In this document: one piece after another, positions 46,801-51,444 of the stretch | Layout: the number at the start of each line of letters is the position of its first letter | Position numbering within the stretch: position 1 is the first letter of the stretch | DNA from: Planctomycetota bacterium | GTDB lineage: Bacteria; Planctomycetota; UBA1135 | DNA length: 51,444 nt | Assembly: GCA_029941685.1 (NCBI GenBank) | Contig: JAPYTC010000003.1 | Coordinates: forward strand, 1-51,444 | Direction: 5' to 3' | The notes under the pieces: generated by a model | The model's database searches: none | Seen by the model: the letters and a program-made list of their open reading frames with translations, nothing else | Told to the model about the DNA's origin: nothing | Program-made: the position numbers and the translations under genes

Positions 46801-48128
46801 GCACACACCTGTTGAGCTAGTTTCATTTCGCGCTCGTCGGCGCCCAAAACGTGCACGTAGAATTTCCACATACGGCCGTATGATTGCTCGAGGTCGAGCA
46901 GTCGCGGCACCTTGTCACTGTGTTCTGAAAGTGGCGTCAATTGTTCGTCGCCGGGCCAATGCACCATAATTTTGGCTTGCTTCAATTGCATCTTCGACGA
47001 TGGGCAATACAACATGAATGGTATTAGCCTGCCAGTCAACTTTTGCAGTTCGGCGGTCATTTCTGATTCAACGCGTCGACGATGATTCGCGGAACCGGCC
47101 CCGAAATATGTGCTCACCAACTCTTCTTGAGCCTGGGTGTTGGCGTAAACCGGATACACCGCTGCGCGTTTAGGTAATTGGCGACGCTTAATTGCGCGCA
47201 AATACATATCGAGTAATTCGCGTGAACCTGATTCGTTGATTGTGGCGTTGGTTAATAAATCAAACAACCCGGCGTCGGTAGAAACTTGTAGCTGCTCAAA
47301 AGTAACTGCATTTTCTAGCAACACTATTTCAACGGCTTTCGCCACCAGCGAGCCCGCCGCAATTTTTGCATGGTGGTAGTAAACTCGCTCGGAGAAATAA
47401 AAGCGAGCTTCGAGACAACGAATAACCTCACTTAATACCGCCTCTTTTAAGTAACCATTGCGCCCGAGGTCTACATAAAGTTGCTGCGTTGGACGGTCGA
47501 CACGAAACACGCTGAACACGCGCTCATCGTACTCGATTTTGAGTCCAGTGAACATCGCGTCACGTTTTAGATAATCGAGGCTATCAGCATCAATCGTTCC
47601 GCTAACCAAGTCTTTCCAGAACTTAGGCACGCGCTTGTTTTCGGGGACTAAAGATGGAGCCAAAATCGACAACACATCTTCTTTGGCACCGGTGCGCTCT
47701 AGCGCACGCCCTAATGAGGTATTCCGCGACAACATGTTTGCAAAGCGCTCAGGGATGTCGTGACGCGGCAATAACCCTGTTTGATCTTCAATGTTATGCC
47801 CAAAAGGCAAATGTGTCGCATCATGAACTAAAGCGGCCAAACGCACTATGCGCTCTCCGTGTTGATCGAACCCGTCGAGGCGACTATCGTCACGGCGATC
47901 ACGTTCGAAGTTAATCGAGTTAATCATACGTGTTGCCAAATGCGCAGTACCAATCGAGTGCTCAAATCGCGAATGCTGTGCCCCCGGGTAAATTAAATAA
48001 GTAGCACCAAGCTGACGAACATTGCGCAAGCGCTGCATTTCTTCGGTGTCAAGAATCGACATCTCTTCTTTGGTAAGGGGGATATCGCCATGAACCGGGT
48101 CGCGGATGATAGTGTCGTATCTAAGCAT
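46698..48128 (-). CDS. HD-domain phosphohydrolase (COG1078 / dNTP-triphosphohydrolase-like)
   Basis: 476 aa. RFEHSIGTAHLA, ALVHDATHLPFGH and DADSLDYLKRD. ATG overlaps the rluB stop by 8 nt. The 3' end overlaps the convergent aminotransferase by 103 nt. Confidence 0.82.
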   Translation of the reverse strand: MLRYDTIIRDPVHGDIPLTKEEMSILDTEEMQRLRNVRQLGATYLIYPGAQHSRFEHSIGTAHLATRMINSINFERDRRDDSRLDGFDQHGERIVRLAALVHDATHLPFGHNIEDQTGLLPRHDIPERFANMLSRNTSLGRALERTGAKEDVLSILAPSLVPENKRVPKFWKDLVSGTIDADSLDYLKRDAMFTGLKIEYDERVFSVFRVDRPTQQLYVDLGRNGYLKEAVLSEVIRCLEARFYFSERVYYHHAKIAAGSLVAKAVEIVLLENAVTFEQLQVSTDAGLFDLLTNATINESGSRELLDMYLRAIKRRQLPKRAAVYPVYANTQAQEELVSTYFGAGSANHRRRVESEMTAELQKLTGRLIPFMLYCPSSKMQLKQAKIMVHWPGDEQLTPLSEHSDKVPRLLDLEQSYGRMWKFYVHVLGADEREMKLAQQVCAQFFPDVNNVLTREDNFSNARSSSVSDAAKEILK

Positions 48129-49011
48129 CTGATGAAGTGTTTCGCGCCATTGCCACTAACTCGTCACGCTCTTTTTTGGTTAACGGACGGATTGCACCAC
48201 GTTTTAATTTTGCGATACCGAGCTTGCCGATGCGAACTCGTTTTAAGCGTTTCACTCGCATATCGAATCTTGCCAACACTCGACGAACTTCGCGGTTGCG
48301 ACCTTCGCTAATGGTCACTTCAATCGTTGCCCCCTTTTTCGACGAACGCATTAAGCGCAATGACTCTGGCACAACTTTTACCCCATCGATATAGGCGCCT
48401 TCGCGTGCCTTTTCAATATCAGCATAGGTCACTGCATGGTTGATGTAACAAACATATGTTTTACGAATGCCGTAAGAAGGGTGGGTAATGATTTGGGAAA
48501 AATCACCGTCGTTGGTTAACAGTAGCAAGCCCTCGGACTCCTTATCAAGGCGGCCAACAGTATGTACACGGCTAGGCACCATCGAGTCGACCAAATCGCA
48601 AACCCGTGTGTCGGTTTCGCGAGGATCGTTGGTGCACAACACACCTTTCGGTTTGTAAAACAAATAGTACAAACGACGCTCGACAGAAATTTTCACATCA
48701 TCAACACGGACGTCATCGCCGTCCATAACTCTATAGCCTGGTTCGGAGACTATTGTGCCGTTTACGCTAACTTCGCCGCCAAATATTTTTTCATCGCACT
48801 TGCGGCGTGAATCAACACCCTGCTCGGCTAACCATTTGTTTAAGCGTACACCAACGACTTCAGCCTTCTCTGACTTTAGGCCTTTACGCGCGCTAGAAGA
48901 GGCCTCGATTGTTGCCGCAGCCAGACGTGCCTGACGTTTGGTGCGTGTTGTTTTACCGCGGCCACTTCCGGCAACAGGTTTACGTTTGGGTTTTTTGCGG
49001 CTTGACGCTAT
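48121..49011 (-). CDS. rluB: Pseudouridine synthase, RsuA/RluB family, with an S4 domain and a basic N-terminal extension; start codon non-canonical or unresolved
   Basis: Catalytic core YLFYKPKGVLCT and VGRLDKESEGLLLLTNDG. The track ORF starts at ATG 48726, but the same frame upstream encodes a clear S4 domain (VRLNKWLAEQGVDSRRKCDEKIFGGEVSVNGTIVSEPGYRV) and a KR-rich leader. I found no ATG/GTG/TTG between the in-frame TAA (49015-17) and 48726. The end coordinate 49011 assumes the ATA codon (MASSRKKPKRKP...). Product confidence is high; start confidence is low. Confidence 0.7.
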   Translation of the reverse strand: MASSRKKPKRKPVAGSGRGKTTRTKRQARLAAATIEASSSARKGLKSEKAEVVGVRLNKWLAEQGVDSRRKCDEKIFGGEVSVNGTIVSEPGYRVMDGDDVRVDDVKISVERRLYYLFYKPKGVLCTNDPRETDTRVCDLVDSMVPSRVHTVGRLDKESEGLLLLTNDGDFSQIITHPSYGIRKTYVCYINHAVTYADIEKAREGAYIDGVKVVPESLRLMRSSKKGATIEVTISEGRNREVRRVLARFDMRVKRLKRVRIGKLGIAKLKRGAIRPLTKKERDELVAMARNTSSDA

Positions 49012-49014
49012 GAC

Positions 49015-50022
49015 TTAATGTGCTGTAGCGCGAATGAAATCGAAATTTTCTTCGCTAGTAGATTGAACCTGCACGCCATTTAAGCATGCAGGAATTAATA
49101 CGGTGTCGCCATACTTCACGGGCATGGATTCGAATTCGCCATTGGTGGCGACCAATTCGCCGACTCCCGAAACTACAACCAAAATAATCGCCTTGTTCTT
49201 TTTGGCGACGACAGCACCTTGTTCGCCGTGACGATGTAAGTGCATTGTGAAGTATTCTCCGCCACATAATGTCACGCATTCTTTGTCATAAACTGGTGAC
49301 GACAATTCGCGGCGCTCGGGATTAGAAGGCAGTAAGTCGTAGTTGATAACATCTAACGATTCTTGCAGATGTGTTTCACGCGGTTTACCGTTGAGGCCAA
49401 GGCGGTCCCAGTCGTACATGCGGTAGGTTACATCTGAAGTCTGTTGAATTTCGCACAACACTGTCCCAGCGCAGATGGCGTGCGTCTGTCCCGCCGGAAT
49501 ATAAACACAATCGCCTGCAGACACATTTTGCTCGACGAGGTAATCACGTACTTTGGACGTAGGCGCATCGACAGCAAATTGCTGTGCCTCGGTGCCTGGG
49601 CGTAAACCACAAATCAGAGTGGCGTCTTCAGCACTATCTAAAATGTACCACGCCTCGGTTTTCCCTATTCCTGTAGGTGACTTTTCGCCATCAGGGGGGT
49701 GCACTTGCACTGACAAATTATCGCCAGCATCAAGCAGTTTCACCAACAAGGGGAAACGCCCGTCGGCGGTAGCCTTGGACGCGCCTAAAATCGCATCACC
49801 ATGATCTTCCATTAACTCGCGCAGCGACTTGCCAGCATATCCGCCGTTAACAATGTTCGTCTCTTGCCCTGGGTAGTCGCTTAACTCCCATGTTTCGCCA
49901 AGTGGGCCACTGAAAGGTAACTCTATCGATAACGATTCGACCAAACGCTGGCCTCCCCATACTTTTTCAACGAGGATGCGTTCAAATAGCAGTGGCTGCA
50001 TAGGTGCGGTAGACGAACTCAC
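49015..50022 (-). CDS. manA: Type I phosphomannose isomerase (mannose-6-phosphate isomerase, cupin)
   Basis: 335 aa. VEKVWGG, LSVQVHP, GKTEAWYIL and THAICAG. The start is GTG 50022 or ATG 50001. Confidence 0.88.
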   Translation of the reverse strand: MSSSTAPMQPLLFERILVEKVWGGQRLVESLSIELPFSGPLGETWELSDYPGQETNIVNGGYAGKSLRELMEDHGDAILGASKATADGRFPLLVKLLDAGDNLSVQVHPPDGEKSPTGIGKTEAWYILDSAEDATLICGLRPGTEAQQFAVDAPTSKVRDYLVEQNVSAGDCVYIPAGQTHAICAGTVLCEIQQTSDVTYRMYDWDRLGLNGKPRETHLQESLDVINYDLLPSNPERRELSSPVYDKECVTLCGGEYFTMHLHRHGEQGAVVAKKNKAIILVVVSGVGELVATNGEFESMPVKYGDTVLIPACLNGVQVQSTSEENFDFIRATAH

Positions 50023-50026
50023 ACCC

Positions 50027-50482
50027 TTATTTTATCAATCTTTTTAATATGCGCCTTAAAAATCTAGCGCCACTTAATCGCGGACGACGCCGACGATGAT
50101 AAAACTCGCTGGCATCCATACTGTGGCACACTTTTGGGTCTTGGCCGGCTTCACTCATTAGCTGCTGCCACTCTTTACCGTGTGACTTGACCCGCCCATG
50201 GCGTGCCGTCGCCACTAAATGCGCCAACTCGTGAATCAACACAACGTCTATATGTTGTGGATTTTCCGCCAACAAGCGTGGGTTAAGCTCGACCGTTTGC
50301 TGCATCAACAGCGCCCGTCCGCCACTAGTGCGTAGGCGGCCATTAAAGACGATTCTCAGTTGCGGTAATGCGTCAACTGCATTCCATCGCGCCAACACCT
50401 CGCCGGCCGCAGCAAGCAATACTGCGTCACTGTAATCACGCTTTAATTGCTCGACGCTTATTTTTTGCGTCCTTTGCACCAC
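50027..50482 (-). CDS. SprT-like zinc-metallopeptidase-fold protein
   Basis: 151 aa. LIHELAHLV (HExxH) preceded by RTSGGRA, typical of SprT-like domains. The GTG start overlaps the nagA end and is uncertain. Confidence 0.7.
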   Translation of the reverse strand: MVQRTQKISVEQLKRDYSDAVLLAAAGEVLARWNAVDALPQLRIVFNGRLRTSGGRALLMQQTVELNPRLLAENPQHIDVVLIHELAHLVATARHGRVKSHGKEWQQLMSEAGQDPKVCHSMDASEFYHRRRRPRLSGARFLRRILKRLIK

Positions 50483-51444
50483 ACCTGCCCTATTTTGTTT
50501 TCTGAAACGATGTACTCAACGAAATCCGCCCGACGTCCAACAGCTAAGCGTCCACAGTCGCCCAACATGTCCCCCGCAACCTGACAGCCCATACGCACCA
50601 CCTGTTCAAAGCTAAGGACGCCATCTCGATGCGCGCGCAATAGTAACTCCGGTAACGAATCTAAAGTGCCTCCAAAATTTCCACGGCGATCGATTGCTGC
50701 GGCCCCACTCCGAGACAACAACTGTCCGCCAGATTTAAAGCTGTTGGCGCGCATTCCGGCGTGTGACAAATTGTCTGAACACGCCATTAATTTATTTTTC
50801 AGCCGCGGCGTGTTCGCCCACAAATTTAATGTGTCCGCTTCGACATGAAGCATGTCTGGGATAACGGCTGCGTAATCGATGTCGCCGCGCATAGCTACGC
50901 CGATTGGTCCTAACTCGCGAGCGCTCAATGGCAACATGCGATTACCTAAATGAGTCGCTGCTATCTTGCCGTTAGCGCGTAGCATTTGGCAATCTAAGGC
51001 CGTTGCGGAACTGTGGCCGACTGATGGCATCACGTTATTGGCGCGCAACACTTCGGCTACTTCAAGCGCACCGTCTAACTCTGGTGCGAGGGTCGTCATC
51101 GACAGCCAACCGCCGCAGGCATCCACAAACTCTTGAGCTGCCTTGACGCTGGGCTTGCGCATCGCGGCTTTGGGCAAGGCGCCCGACATATTACGAGCTA
51201 CAAATGGCCCTTCGATATGCCACCCCGCAATATGAGTACGTGCGCCGCGCATTGTCGACCATTTATTCCAATTGCGCGCGGCCTTTTGCAAGCCATCGCT
51301 TGTCGTTGGGTAAAACCCTGCCAAAGCAGTGGTCACCCCAGTACTCGCCAGAAGCATAGTCATTTTATGTAGACGCGCTGGAGTTCCTTCGCCGCAATCT
51401 ACCCCACCGTAACCATGAAGCAAGGTGTCAACAAAGCCCGGCAT
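50458..51444 (-). CDS. nagA: N-acetylglucosamine-6-phosphate deacetylase (5'-partial, continues beyond the window)
   Basis: PGFVDTLLHGYGG, HIEGPF, TLAPE, VGHSSAT and THLGNRM. The family normally has about 50 aa before the PGF(I/V)D motif, so the ATG at the window edge is probably internal. Confidence 0.88.
   Translation of the reverse strand: MPGFVDTLLHGYGGVDCGEGTPARLHKMTMLLASTGVTTALAGFYPTTSDGLQKAARNWNKWSTMRGARTHIAGWHIEGPFVARNMSGALPKAAMRKPSVKAAQEFVDACGGWLSMTTLAPELDGALEVAEVLRANNVMPSVGHSSATALDCQMLRANGKIAATHLGNRMLPLSARELGPIGVAMRGDIDYAAVIPDMLHVEADTLNLWANTPRLKNKLMACSDNLSHAGMRANSFKSGGQLLSRSGAAAIDRRGNFGGTLDSLPELLLRAHRDGVLSFEQVVRMGCQVAGDMLGDCGRLAVGRRADFVEYIVSENKIGQVWCKGRKK

Noticed and set aside
49015-49017. 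TAA readthrough producing a ManA-RluB fusion protein
   Set aside because: The two ORFs are in the same frame. However, TAA is the most efficient stop, no known recoding signal follows it, and the two enzymes are functionally unrelated. Non-canonical initiation or a base error is more parsimonious.

Overview
This is a 51.4 kb bacterial chromosomal window of about 50% GC, densely packed with roughly 42 protein genes and 2 tRNAs. I saw no rRNA, CRISPR array, transposase, integrase or prophage signature. Most of it is housekeeping: a biotin operon (bioB, fused bioF-bioD, bioA), a DEAD-box helicase, mltA, priA, rnd, groES-groEL, cysteine synthase, an aminotransferase, a manA-rluB-HD operon and nagA. 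Mixed in are large secreted multidomain proteins: PA14-like/prenyltransferase-like/discoidin, HExxH + DUF1080-like, HEAT + VWA, DUF1028-Ntn + beta-propeller-like, a matrixin and a secreted PHP protein. That repertoire suggests the PVC superphylum (Planctomycetota or Verrucomicrobiota, possibly marine), which is inference only. The most interesting observations are: (1) a GST/glutaredoxin-like gene whose catalytic-Cys codon is an in-frame TGA followed by a SECIS-like hairpin, making it a candidate selenoprotein; (2) a pseudouridine synthase whose S4 domain lies upstream of any ATG/GTG/TTG and is in frame with manA across a single TAA; (3) a near-perfect sigma-54 -24/-12 element in front of a receiver-domain-groES-groEL unit; (4) a Card1/DUF1887-like PD-(D/E)xK nuclease core flanked by long RG-rich disordered tails; (5) a BioF-BioD fusion, with a tightly coupled downstream di-iron protein and flavoprotein; (6) all seven convergent protein-gene junctions overlap or abut, leaving no room for a terminator.
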